NCBI GenBank assembly: GCA_041694815.1
Contig: JBGFSC010000029.1
Coordinates: forward strand, 20,302 to 84,301
From: Elusimicrobiota bacterium
GTDB taxonomy: Bacteria; Elusimicrobiota; Elusimicrobia; UBA1565; JACRDR01
Direction of reading: 5' to 3'
DNA: 64,000 bases
The notes under the pieces are model-generated. The model was not told the origin of the DNA. It saw only the letters and a list, made by a program, of their open reading frames with translations, and ran no database searches. Position numbers and translations under genes: made by a program. Shown one piece after another: positions 18,720 to 28,109 of this stretch; position 1 is the first letter of the stretch; every line of letters begins with the position of its first letter.

Positions 18720-20921
18720 TTATTGACGAAGATTTGACCGCGGTTTAAAAATCCTCTGAAGCCAGCCCGAGACGCCGCCCGGGTGGGCCGCGCAGAGGGC
18801 GGGCTCGGTGTCCGGCAAGAAATATTCCAGGTAACGTGTCGGACAGCCGGTCCGCGCGCGCAGACCATTGGAGGGGTCGATCCACGCGGAGCGCAGCTCC
18901 GCCGGCTTGAGCGGCGCCTCCGGCTCCGTCGTGAGCCCTGCGGAACCCATGAATCGCTCCCAGATGGGCAGCGCCGCCGAGGCCCCGCTCCTGGCGGATG
19001 GGGTGGGCCTGTCCTCCCCGGTCCAGACGCCGCAGGCTAGGCCCGGGGCATAGCCGATGAACCACGCGTCGCGCCCCTGATCCGTCGTGCCGGTCTTGCC
19101 GGCCGCGACTTTTCCGATGGGCGAGGCCGAGAGGGCGCGCGCCGTCCCCGACGTGACCACCTCGCGCAGCAGGCTGTGCATCAACCAGGCCTCGGCCGTT
19201 GAAAGCACCCGCAGCTTCGCGGGGCGGCGGTATTCCAGGATGTCTCCGGTCCCCTCTTGGACGGCCTCGATGGCGTAGGGGTCGACGCGCAAGCCCCCGT
19301 TGCCGAAGGGGCAGTAGGCGGCGGTGAGCTCCAGCAGGGTCACTTCCGAGGCGCCCAACGCCAGCCCGAGCTCGGGTTTAAGCGGGCTCGCTATACTTAA
19401 GCTTCTCGCGTAGGCGATGATCCGCGCGGGGGTCACGTGCGCGGCCAAGTCGATGGTCGCGGCGTTGAGCGAATCGGCGAAGGCCCGCCGGAGCGCCACG
19501 TCGCCGCGGTAGGAGCCGTCGTAGTTGCGCGGCGTCCAGTAGCCTTCCGGTAGACGGTAGCTGCGTGGCCGGTCCGAAAGCATCGTGGCGGCGGTCCAAG
19601 GGCCGGGACCGGAGGAGGCGCGCAGCGCCGCGCCGTAGACAAAAGGCTTAAAGGCGGAGCCCGGCTGGCGCCTGGCCGAAACGGCGCGATTGAACGGGCT
19701 GGAGGCGAAATCCTTGCCGCCGACCAAGGCCCGGATCTCGCCGGTCGATGGATCGAGCGCGACAAGGGCCGCCTGATGCCGAGCCAGCGACACCGCCCGC
19801 TGCGCCTGTTCCTGCAGCCACGGATCCAGGGTCGTGTAGATCGTCAGCCCTCGGGTGAATAGGTTGCGCTCCGGGTAGCGCTTTTCGAGGTCTTCCTGCA
19901 CGTATGCGGCGAAGAAGTCCGCGGGGCGGGCCGGCTGATGTCCTCCCTTGGAAATCCTGAGCGGCTCGAGCCTGGCGCGTGCGAGCTCAGCGTCGGTCAC
20001 AAGGCCTTGAGAGCGCATCGACTCCAGGACGAGGAGGCGGCGCCGCAGGGCCTCGTCCGGATCGCGGAAAGGATTATAGCGGTAAGGCGAGGCGAGCATG
20101 CCGGCCAACAGGGCCGATTCGCCGAGCGTCAGGCGGTCGGCCGTCTTGTCGAAAAAGAAGCGGGAGGCCGCTTGGATCCCGCAGATGCTGACCGGCCCAT
20201 CCTGCCCGAAATAGACTTGGTCGAGATACATCCGCAGTATCTCCGTCTTACTGTAGCGCGCTTCCAGATAGAAGGCCCACAGCATTTCGCGGATCTTGCG
20301 CCAGAAGCTGCGGCGTGGGGAAAGGTAGAGGTTGCGCGCGAGCTGCTGGGTGATGGTACTGCCTCCCTCCGCCAACCGCCTCTGGGTAAGGTCGCGCCAG
20401 GCGGCCCGCGCGAGCCCGCGGAGGTCGACGCCGTGATGCGAAAAAAAGCGCCGGTCCTCCGTGGCGACGACGGCCAAGGCTAGATGCACAGGCACCTTTT
20501 CCCAGTCGATTGGTTCCCGGCGCACGCGCCTGGGGCCGGAAATCTCGTAGAGCAGCTCCGGCTCCAGCCAGGCGGATTCGACCGAGAGCTTCAATTTCCC
20601 GTCGCCGAAGGAAGCCCGGAGCAGGGAAGGGGCGATTTGACGTAGCGGCGACGAAAACCCGCGCAAGTGGATTTCGTAGCCGCCGTCGGCGCGGCGGTAG
20701 GTGCCCGGCGGCAGAGGGGCGGCGTCTAAGGCCTGGTAGCGCAGGCGAGAGAGCCTCTGGAGCCATTGCGCCTCGTCTAACGCCATGCGGTTCTTGAGCG
20801 CGAACGGCGCTCCGAATATCCGTGTCGGGTAGGGCGTAAGCCAGTCCCCGGAAGGGAGCTTCGAGCATCCCGCCGCCAGGAGCAGCAAGAGGGAAAGACG
20901 CCTTAAAAGGGAAATTTCCAG
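18720..20921 (-). CDS. mrcB: Class A penicillin-binding protein (PBP1b-like transglycosylase/transpeptidase); start uncertain
   Basis: EDRRF, GGSTITQQL, RKIRE, SAFK, SLN, KTG; UB2H-like N-terminal segment; LAAGC lipobox-like motif. Confidence 0.85.
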   Translation of the reverse strand: MEISLLRRLSLLLLLAAGCSKLPSGDWLTPYPTRIFGAPFALKNRMALDEAQWLQRLSRLRYQALDAAPLPPGTYRRADGGYEIHLRGFSSPLRQIAPSLLRASFGDGKLKLSVESAWLEPELLYEISGPRRVRREPIDWEKVPVHLALAVVATEDRRFFSHHGVDLRGLARAAWRDLTQRRLAEGGSTITQQLARNLYLSPRRSFWRKIREMLWAFYLEARYSKTEILRMYLDQVYFGQDGPVSICGIQAASRFFFDKTADRLTLGESALLAGMLASPYRYNPFRDPDEALRRRLLVLESMRSQGLVTDAELARARLEPLRISKGGHQPARPADFFAAYVQEDLEKRYPERNLFTRGLTIYTTLDPWLQEQAQRAVSLARHQAALVALDPSTGEIRALVGGKDFASSPFNRAVSARRQPGSAFKPFVYGAALRASSGPGPWTAATMLSDRPRSYRLPEGYWTPRNYDGSYRGDVALRRAFADSLNAATIDLAAHVTPARIIAYARSLSIASPLKPELGLALGASEVTLLELTAAYCPFGNGGLRVDPYAIEAVQEGTGDILEYRRPAKLRVLSTAEAWLMHSLLREVVTSGTARALSASPIGKVAAGKTGTTDQGRDAWFIGYAPGLACGVWTGEDRPTPSARSGASAALPIWERFMGSAGLTTEPEAPLKPAELRSAWIDPSNGLRARTGCPTRYLEYFLPDTEPALCAAHPGGVSGWLQRIFKPRSNLRQ

Positions 20922-22213
20922 ACGGAGGTTTTGCCGGTGGAGCCCACGACCGCGACGAAAATGCTGGAGGCCTTCGCGTCGGCGGGATAGACGGCCAGGT
21001 CGGCGGCATATCCCGTCAACACGGCCTTCCACTCGGGTTCCAGGGCCAGTTGATTCCAGCGGAGACGGTGGAGCTCCGACTGCCCATACACCCCGAAGGC
21101 GTCGGCCAGCGCTCCCAATTTCGGGATATTGCGCAGCGCGTAGACGCCGTAAAAGCCCTGCTGGGAGCGCTTCGGCGCCAGTCGCGGGTAGAATTTAAGG
21201 AGGCGATCGTACCAACGGACGCGGCTGGACGTTTGGCCGTAGCTCTCGGGACTCGACCAGGTTTTCTTGACGAATTGGATACGTATGGAGCCTGAATCCA
21301 TGAAGGCGAGGTGTATCGGCTCTCCGTCTTCGGGCGTCTCGGCCATGGCGAAGCCGTAAAGCCACTCGAGGCGTTTCCTCCGGACGGGGGGGGCGCCGAG
21401 GGCGTAGCGCCCTTTGCGGTGTTCCAGCGGGAAAATGCCGCCGAACGGAAACGACTTGTCTTGGAGCAGGGCTTGGGCGGCCAGGCGCCACGTCCCCGTG
21501 GCGTCGGGATAGGAGCGTACCATCCACGGCAGAGTGGCGGAGGTTTGGAATTTTCCGCCACCGCATTGGAGCACCGCCGTCTCGACGCGGTTGAAGAATT
21601 CATTGTGATACGTGGCGAAGACCTCGGCCTTGCCGTCCCCGTCTAAGTCCGCGGCCTCCAGGGAGAGTAGCTCGAAGCCGGTCGCCTGGCTGTCGAAGGA
21701 GCAGATCTCCGCCCAGGGGCGCCCATCGTCGGCGGGAAAGGCCAGCACCCGGCTCTTGCCTCCGACGACTAGCTCCGGCTTTCCGTCGCCGTCGACGTCC
21801 GCGACGGCCAAATCGCGCGCGGCGATGTCGATCACGGGGCTCCGCCATTCGGGGGGATGGGACGGCTCGCTCGGGGCGGCCGGTTCGGGGGCCGAGACGC
21901 CCTCGATGCGCACCCTTTGGCCGGCGGCGACACCCTCGGCGTCCGCCTGGAGCAGGCCGGTCGAATAGGCTGGGGCTACCTCCGTGATCCGGCCCCGTGA
22001 CACGGTTTTCTCGATGCGGCCGAGCGAAACCCCCGAGACGGGATGCTTGAGTTCCTCTCCCTGCGAAAAGACGACGAAGTCCTGTCCCGCCGCGACGCCG
22101 CTGCTTACGCCGAGGTCCAGATACACGGTCCGGGAATCGACCTTAACGACATAGCCGACCAGCGAGGAGGCGTGAAGGACGGCCGCCAAGCCGAGGAGCG
22201 CGGAAAGAATCAC
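20903..22213 (-). CDS. Secreted FG-GAP/VCBS-repeat protein with N-terminal FlgT-C-like domain
   Basis: Signal peptide; VYLDLG..GVAAGQDFVVF..GEELKHPVSG; repeats ADVDGDGKPEL and ADLDGDGKAEV. Confidence 0.7.
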   Translation of the reverse strand: MILSALLGLAAVLHASSLVGYVVKVDSRTVYLDLGVSSGVAAGQDFVVFSQGEELKHPVSGVSLGRIEKTVSRGRITEVAPAYSTGLLQADAEGVAAGQRVRIEGVSAPEPAAPSEPSHPPEWRSPVIDIAARDLAVADVDGDGKPELVVGGKSRVLAFPADDGRPWAEICSFDSQATGFELLSLEAADLDGDGKAEVFATYHNEFFNRVETAVLQCGGGKFQTSATLPWMVRSYPDATGTWRLAAQALLQDKSFPFGGIFPLEHRKGRYALGAPPVRRKRLEWLYGFAMAETPEDGEPIHLAFMDSGSIRIQFVKKTWSSPESYGQTSSRVRWYDRLLKFYPRLAPKRSQQGFYGVYALRNIPKLGALADAFGVYGQSELHRLRWNQLALEPEWKAVLTGYAADLAVYPADAKASSIFVAVVGSTGKTSVWKFPF

Positions 22214-22247
22214 CGCCGACAAGATACCATTTTGTTAAGATGAAAAG
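22214..22247. promoter_or_regulatory. Bidirectional leaderless promoter (34-bp intergenic)
   Basis: Minus TGnTATCTT (22221-22226) 7 nt before GTG 22213; plus TGnTAAGAT (22236-22241) 6 nt before ATG 22248. Confidence 0.6.
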
Positions 22248-23546
22248 ATGAGCGATTATTCGCCGACGGGCTTTAGCGACGATCTGCTGCGCATCCTGGC
22301 CCGGGCGGAGACGTCGCGCTACGCCCGCCGCGGCGTGCCCGTGGCCTTCAAGCCGCGTTCGCTGCGGCCCTGGCTGGAGCCGCTCGGCAATCTAGTGGGC
22401 CTGCTGCTGCGGGTCGCCCTCGGGCTGCTGCCGCCCTCTTGGAGCCGTTCCTTCCAGGACGCCGCCTTCAGGCGATTGGCCCGCACCAACGCCCCCGCAG
22501 CGGAGATCGGCGCGGCCGCTTCGGCGACGCGGGAATTGGCGGCGCGGCTGCAGGGCCGCTCCGGCCGGCCGGCTGCCGTGCTTTGCCTTTTCTCGCACCC
22601 TCCGGTCACGGGGCAATGGCTTCACCTCAACGTCGAGCTCGCGCGCCAGTCCCTCTGCGTCCTGCACGAAATAGGGCTTTCGAGCCGCAGGCCCCAGCTG
22701 CTTGTCGCCGTCGACCCTTTCGCCCTCGACAGCTTCGGCCTGCTCTTGGAGGGCGTTTACGCGGGTCTCATGGGCCGCTACCATCTCGGCTTCGACCGGC
22801 TTTCCTCGCGCCGGGGGAATCTCGCGCGGCAGCTGGGGGGCGACGCGGGTTTCGAGCGCATCGCCTGGCGGCTAAGGACCGCCTTGCGCCGGAGGGGACG
22901 GGTGGCCCTGGCGCTGGGGGGCGGCGTGCCCGCCACGAGCCGCGCGCTCTACGCCGCCAAGGAGTACGTCATCGGCCTTCGGCGCGCGGGGCGCTTCGGT
23001 TCTCCCGGAGAGGCGTTTAAGGTGTTGCGCTCAGGGTCTACGGACTTCGCGGATTTCTGCGCCTCCGACTTGGTGGGGGAGCGCCTCAAAAAAAACGCGT
23101 GGCGGATGATGGAAGCCTGGCTCATCGCCACGGTGACCGGGGCCTGGCCGCCGGAGGAGGAGGCCGCGGTGGATTCCGGGTCCCTCTCTCCGAGAGGGGA
23201 GGCGGCGTTTGAGGCCTGCGCCCGCGCCATGGGGCTCGAGGAGGAGCAGGCCCGGGCCGAAGTCGAGGGGCTCCGGCGGGAATTCTCGCGCGAGACACCG
23301 TACCGCCGCCGCCTCTTTCGTTTCCTTTTTTCCGAGGTCGCGGCCCGGGGCACTCCGCTGCTCCTGCTTCCCCTGAGCCATGGGTCGGCCTCGCGGCCGC
23401 GGATCGCCTTCGGGCCTCCCGTGGGGTTGAGCGCGGCCTCGGCTTCGCGCGAGGAGGCCGCGCTTTGGACCTTGGATTCCGACCGGCCGCGCGTCATCTC
23501 GGCGGGGCCCTTCGCCGAGGATTTCGTCGCGCGGAATTTCCTATAG
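22248..23546 (+). CDS. Hypothetical protein (432 aa)
   Basis: Long ORF with host-like codon usage that fills the gap and has its own -10 box. Confidence 0.7.
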   Translation: MSDYSPTGFSDDLLRILARAETSRYARRGVPVAFKPRSLRPWLEPLGNLVGLLLRVALGLLPPSWSRSFQDAAFRRLARTNAPAAEIGAAASATRELAARLQGRSGRPAAVLCLFSHPPVTGQWLHLNVELARQSLCVLHEIGLSSRRPQLLVAVDPFALDSFGLLLEGVYAGLMGRYHLGFDRLSSRRGNLARQLGGDAGFERIAWRLRTALRRRGRVALALGGGVPATSRALYAAKEYVIGLRRAGRFGSPGEAFKVLRSGSTDFADFCASDLVGERLKKNAWRMMEAWLIATVTGAWPPEEEAAVDSGSLSPRGEAAFEACARAMGLEEEQARAEVEGLRREFSRETPYRRRLFRFLFSEVAARGTPLLLLPLSHGSASRPRIAFGPPVGLSAASASREEAALWTLDSDRPRVISAGPFAEDFVARNFL

Positions 23547-24533
23547 AATCCGGGCCAACGCCCCCGCCGCCGCGACGGCGAGCAGGGTCCCGGCGAGCGC
23601 GGCGCGGTGGGTGGCGAGCCAAAGCTGGGGACTTCGGTGGGCCGCCCGATAGCTGAAAATGCCGTGCGCCCCGCGGTCGCCGGGCAGGGGCTGCCATAGA
23701 TTATCCTTGCGATCCGGTTCGACCAGGAACTCGGCCTGCTGCGAGCGGTAGGCCGTGCGGGCCAGGTAGCGGTCGACTAGGCCGGGCGCTAAATGGTTGG
23801 CCACGATGGCCGCGAACGTGCTGATGCCGACGTTGAGCTCGCGGCGCGGGTGATGCGCGGCCCAGTGTATCGCCCGCGCGGCGACCTCGGGTTGGTAGAT
23901 GGGTGGCACCGGCTGCGGGTGGTGAGGCAGCCGGCTCTTGACCCAGTCGAACTGCGGCGTGTTGAGCGCCGGCAGCTGGACCATGGTCACGCGCACCCGG
24001 CTGCGGCCGTGCAGGAGCTCCGAGCGCAGGGATTCCGTAAAGCCCTGCACCGCGTGCTTGGCGCCGCAATAGGCGGCCTGCAGCGGGATGCCGCGATAGG
24101 CCAGCGCGGAGCCCACCTGGACGATCACCCCGCGCTCGCGCGGGAGCATGCGCCGCAGCGCCGCCAAGGTCCCGTAGACCGTCCCGAGATAGGTGACCTC
24201 CGTCACGCGCCGTATCTCCTCCGCCGAGGTCTCCTCCACGGGAGAGAATACCGAGAGCATCGCGTTGTTGATCCAGACATCGATCGGTCCGAGCGCCTCC
24301 TCGATCCTTGCGGCGGCCTCCTCCATACGCGCCGGCTCCGAGACATCGGCTTGCACCACGCAGCAGCGCCGGCCCATCGACTCGATCTCCCGGCGCGCGG
24401 CCTCGAGTCCATCGAGCCCGCGGGCGATCAGGCCCAGGTCGGCGCCGCGCCGGGCGAACAGGCGGGCGGTGGCCCGGCCGACTCCCGCCGACCCTCCCGT
24501 GATGACGACGACTTCCCGTTTCGCGCTATCCAT
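23541..24533 (-). CDS. SDR family oxidoreductase
   Basis: TGGSAGVG, NNA, YCGAK (YxxxK), NTPQF. Confidence 0.93.
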   Translation of the reverse strand: MDSAKREVVVITGGSAGVGRATARLFARRGADLGLIARGLDGLEAARREIESMGRRCCVVQADVSEPARMEEAAARIEEALGPIDVWINNAMLSVFSPVEETSAEEIRRVTEVTYLGTVYGTLAALRRMLPRERGVIVQVGSALAYRGIPLQAAYCGAKHAVQGFTESLRSELLHGRSRVRVTMVQLPALNTPQFDWVKSRLPHHPQPVPPIYQPEVAARAIHWAAHHPRRELNVGISTFAAIVANHLAPGLVDRYLARTAYRSQQAEFLVEPDRKDNLWQPLPGDRGAHGIFSYRAAHRSPQLWLATHRAALAGTLLAVAAAGALARIL

Positions 24534-24638
24534 TCCGCCGCCATTGTATCAGCGGCCCATCGAGGGCCCGTGACGGGCGCGGCTCATTTTTTAGACCTCG
24601 GGGGAATATTGTATAGTGCGCCGAGCGCCGGCTAGCCT

Positions 24639-25538
24639 ATGAATACGCAGGTTTACTCCAACGCCAACGAGCTCCGCGGGTTCTCCGTCAAGAACTGCGC
24701 CTCGATGCCGCTGCCCGGCTCGGTGCTGATGTGCCCGCCGGACTACTACGACGTCATCGACGTCAAGAACCCCTTCATGACCGGCAAGGCCGGCACCGTG
24801 GACAAGGGCCTAGCGCAGGCCCAGTGGGAGGCCGTCGGCGAGGCCTACGCCCGCCACGGCAAGACCGTCAAGACGATCGCGCCGGCGCCCGGACTCGAGG
24901 ACATGGTGTTTTGCGCCAACACCAGCATGACCGGCCTGAGCGCCCGCATGGAGAAGATCTGCCTGCCCAGCCGCATGCGCCATCCCTCGCGGCGGCGGGA
25001 GGTCCCTCCCTTCGAGGCCTGGTTCAAGGACGAGGGCTACCGGATCGCCAAGCTTTCCGACCCGACGGCGATGTTCGAGGGCATGGGCGATTGCATGTGG
25101 CATCCCGGCAAGAGGCTGCTCTGGGGCGCGCACGGGTTCCGCTCCGACGCCGAGGTCTACGGGGAAGTGGCGAAAATATTCGAGGCCCCGGTAATCCTGC
25201 TGCGCTTAGTCAACGAGCGCTTCTATCACCTCGACACATGCTTCTGCCCGCTGACCCAGGAAGCCGTGTTGATCTATCCTTCCGCCTTCGATCCCGAAAG
25301 CCTAGGCCTGATCCTCAAGATTTTCCCTCTCGTGCTCATCGCCGATGAGACGGAGGCCGTCCGACAGCTCGTCTGCAACCTGGCCGTGATCGATTCGCGG
25401 GTCGCCCTCGTCCCCAAGGGAGCCGAGACCGCGGCCCGGCAGATCCGCGCTCTGGGCCTCGAGACCGAGATGCTCGACACCAGCGAATACCTCAAATCCG
25501 GGGCGTCCGTCTTCTGCCTCCGGATGCCGGTATACTAG
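24639..25538 (+). CDS. Amidinotransferase / dimethylarginine dimethylaminohydrolase (pentein) family protein
   Basis: LMCPPDYY, DMVFCAN, RRREV, FEGMGD, FYHLDTCF, C-terminal GASVFC. Confidence 0.88.
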   Translation: MNTQVYSNANELRGFSVKNCASMPLPGSVLMCPPDYYDVIDVKNPFMTGKAGTVDKGLAQAQWEAVGEAYARHGKTVKTIAPAPGLEDMVFCANTSMTGLSARMEKICLPSRMRHPSRRREVPPFEAWFKDEGYRIAKLSDPTAMFEGMGDCMWHPGKRLLWGAHGFRSDAEVYGEVAKIFEAPVILLRLVNERFYHLDTCFCPLTQEAVLIYPSAFDPESLGLILKIFPLVLIADETEAVRQLVCNLAVIDSRVALVPKGAETAARQIRALGLETEMLDTSEYLKSGASVFCLRMPVY

Positions 25539-25636
25539 GGAGCTCTGGTTTTTTGCGCCGCCATTTTGACGGCCCAAAAAAAAGCGAAGTTTTCGATGCG
25601 GCATTGTCTTCGAAAGAGGTCTTTCTCCTGAGAGAA

Positions 25637-26659
25637 TTGCGGGCTTTGGTCTTATTTTTGGCTTTTTTTCTGATGCCCTGCGGCTTACAGGCTGAGGAAC
25701 CTTATTGGCTCGGCGTGGCATGGGGCGGTATTTTAAATCCGCTTGCATTGAAAGAATCTGATCGCTGGAAAGCCCCCTGGAGCGATTCGAGATTGGAGCC
25801 GAGCAAGCTGGAGGGAGTTCGCACGTTACAGCAGATTCCAAAGGAGTGGCTCGGCAGCCAAAAGGCGATTCCCAAGCGATGGAAAGTGTTCTCTCCCAAG
25901 GCTTCGGCGCAGTATATACGCGTCGTCAATGTTGTTCCTTATTCGACGATGGATGCGGTGCATTTAGGCTTGAAGATGGAACCCGCCGTCGAAGGTATCG
26001 CCACGACTGGGAATCAAGCTATTTTTCCAATGGTCGTTATATCCGATGTTTCGAGCGAAGCTGAACGAATAAAGTCGGTCATCGTAAACGAGTTTTACAA
26101 AAAGGAAGCGGCCGACCCGGTTGAGTTCATCAAGAAGAACTCTGATGCCGCTTGCTCGGGACAGGGCGATTGCCGTATATGCGCCGCTGACTTTCCGGAT
26201 GACAAGACGCGCTTAAAGGCGTCCGTCCATTTTGAAAGCTTGATCCGCACATCTCGGCTTAGGAACGGTTCCCGGCTGTATTATTTCCGGGGGTTAAAGG
26301 ACTATCCAGTTCAGCTTAAATTGATCGCGGGTTCTAAAAAGATCCCTTGTCCGCAAAAGGCGTCCTCGCGGGCCCAATTGCGGGGATGGATCAGGGAGAC
26401 CGAGGGCCGGGCATTGGAGCTGCTCGATAGCGAGCTCGAGTTGGGCTACAAAGATCCTCCAGTTAAGGTTAATGAGGCAGGAGGAGAGTATAATTACGAC
26501 CCTCTGGCGGTCGTAGAAGATTATGATATGCCGCTATTTCTATTGAGGCACAATGGTTACGAAACTGGATGGTATTCCCTTAGCGCGTTGGATAAATCTG
26601 GTCGGATGATAAAAAAGCTGCATATCGTATCGGGCACGGCTCATTTCCCTTTCCCTTGA
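25637..26659 (+). CDS. Secreted hypothetical protein, atypically low GC
   Basis: Open frame 25553-26659; signal-peptide-like RALVLFLAFFLMPCGLQA from TTG 25637; many A/T-ending codons. Confidence 0.65.
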   Translation: MRALVLFLAFFLMPCGLQAEEPYWLGVAWGGILNPLALKESDRWKAPWSDSRLEPSKLEGVRTLQQIPKEWLGSQKAIPKRWKVFSPKASAQYIRVVNVVPYSTMDAVHLGLKMEPAVEGIATTGNQAIFPMVVISDVSSEAERIKSVIVNEFYKKEAADPVEFIKKNSDAACSGQGDCRICAADFPDDKTRLKASVHFESLIRTSRLRNGSRLYYFRGLKDYPVQLKLIAGSKKIPCPQKASSRAQLRGWIRETEGRALELLDSELELGYKDPPVKVNEAGGEYNYDPLAVVEDYDMPLFLLRHNGYETGWYSLSALDKSGRMIKKLHIVSGTAHFPFP

Positions 26660-27558
26660 ACGGCGCGAATGGCTTGGCGCAGCGCTTAGAGATTCTGCGC
26701 CTGAGCACGGACTATCGCGCTAGAATTCTCCACGATCCTATCGTTTTTCCCAAGCGCTTCTCGCGTCCCGAGGACATCGAGGTCGTCGCGTGGCTGTCCG
26801 CCTCGCTGGCCTACGGGCGGGTTTCTTTGTTCTCCGCGGTTCTCGAGCGCATCTTGAGCCGCATGGGCGCTCGCCCCACCGAGTTCGTCCGCCGCTTCGA
26901 CCCGGGCGGGCTGGAGGAATGGGACGGGCTCTATTACCGGCTCAACAGCGGCCGCGATATCGCGTGCCTAATCTACCTGATGCGGCAGATCCTCCTACGC
27001 CACGGGACGATCGGGGCCTTATTTAGGAAAGGGTACAGGCCCGAGGATCCGGATGTCGGCCCGGCCTTGGAGCGCTTCATCGAGGCGGTGGAGGCCGTCG
27101 ACGTCTCGCCCGTGTACGGTCGCGCCGAGCGTCCGGAGGGGCTCAAGCAATTGTTCTCGCGCCCTTCCAAGGGCAGTGCTTGCAAAAGGCTCAACATGTT
27201 CCTGCGCTGGATGGCGCGCCCCGCCGACGGGCTCGACTTCGGGCTTTGGGACTGGCTGGCGCCGGGAAAGCTGATCATCCCGCTCGATACTCATGTGCTG
27301 CGCATCGGCCGCTACCTGGGGCTTACGAGGCGGCGCTCCGGAGGGTGGAGGACGGCGCAGGAGATAACGGGCGTCCTGCGCCGGATCGACCCGCGCGATC
27401 CGCTCAAGTACGATTTTCCGCTATGCCATCACGGCATCTCGGGAAATTGCCCCGTTGGCAAGCAGCCCGAGCGCTGCCGCGCCTGCTGCCTGGCTCCTTC
27501 CTGCGCCAAGGGGCGCGCGCTTCTTAGAGCGTCCGCCGGACCAGTTTCGAGCGGTTGA
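26656..27558 (+). CDS. TIGR02757 (DUF2400) family HhH-GPD-like protein
   Basis: DPIVFP, LAYGRV, SACKRLNMFLRWM, PLDTHV, DPLKYDF, C-terminal Cys cluster. Confidence 0.85.
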   Translation: MNGANGLAQRLEILRLSTDYRARILHDPIVFPKRFSRPEDIEVVAWLSASLAYGRVSLFSAVLERILSRMGARPTEFVRRFDPGGLEEWDGLYYRLNSGRDIACLIYLMRQILLRHGTIGALFRKGYRPEDPDVGPALERFIEAVEAVDVSPVYGRAERPEGLKQLFSRPSKGSACKRLNMFLRWMARPADGLDFGLWDWLAPGKLIIPLDTHVLRIGRYLGLTRRRSGGWRTAQEITGVLRRIDPRDPLKYDFPLCHHGISGNCPVGKQPERCRACCLAPSCAKGRALLRASAGPVSSG

Positions 27559-27994
27559 AGTCGGCCGCCAGCCCGGAGAGCGCCAAGGCCCCGAGCGAAA
27601 GCCCGAAATCCCGCAGAGCAATGTCGAAATAGCCCGGGATCATCAGCAGGTTGACGATGATGCACCAAAGCCAGCCGCAGACCACCAGGCCGCCCACGCG
27701 GGGATTGACCGCGACGAGGCAGCCGGCGAAGATCTCGAGCACGCCGACCCCGTTCATGAAGGCCGAGGCCCCGCCGAACCAATTAGCGAAGGCCGGGGCC
27801 AGGTATTGGTTCCAGTCGGCCAGGTAGTGGAAGAACTTATCCACGCCCGCGACCAACGGCGCGACGATATAGCCCAGGTACAGGATCTGGTACGCCCGGT
27901 AGGCCGAATCCGGCCGCCCCGGGGCGATGCCTCCTTCGTGGTGTTTTGGGGAGGTGAAGACCCTCATCGGGTTGACGGGAGTCATGGTTGCCAT
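27524..27994 (-). CDS. DoxX-like membrane protein
   Basis: APLVAGVDKFF..L.DW.QYLAP, YFDIALRDFGL; strong AGGAGG SD; TATAAT at 28027-28032. Confidence 0.8.
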   Translation of the reverse strand: MATMTPVNPMRVFTSPKHHEGGIAPGRPDSAYRAYQILYLGYIVAPLVAGVDKFFHYLADWNQYLAPAFANWFGGASAFMNGVGVLEIFAGCLVAVNPRVGGLVVCGWLWCIIVNLLMIPGYFDIALRDFGLSLGALALSGLAADFNRSKLVRRTL

Positions 27995-28109
27995 AAACTC
28001 CTCCTGAGGCGAATGCCTCTAAAAATATTATAGCTCCGCACGACGGCGCCCGGCGCCGCCCGGAGCGGGTTGAAAAGGAAAGTCACAAATTTGCTAACAT
28101 GCCGACAAA

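Noticed and set aside
28070..28090. Possible FNR/CRP site upstream of the cox operon
   Set aside because: Only a TCACA half-site; spacing and the other half do not match TTGAT-N4-ATCAA or TGTGA-N6-TCACA.
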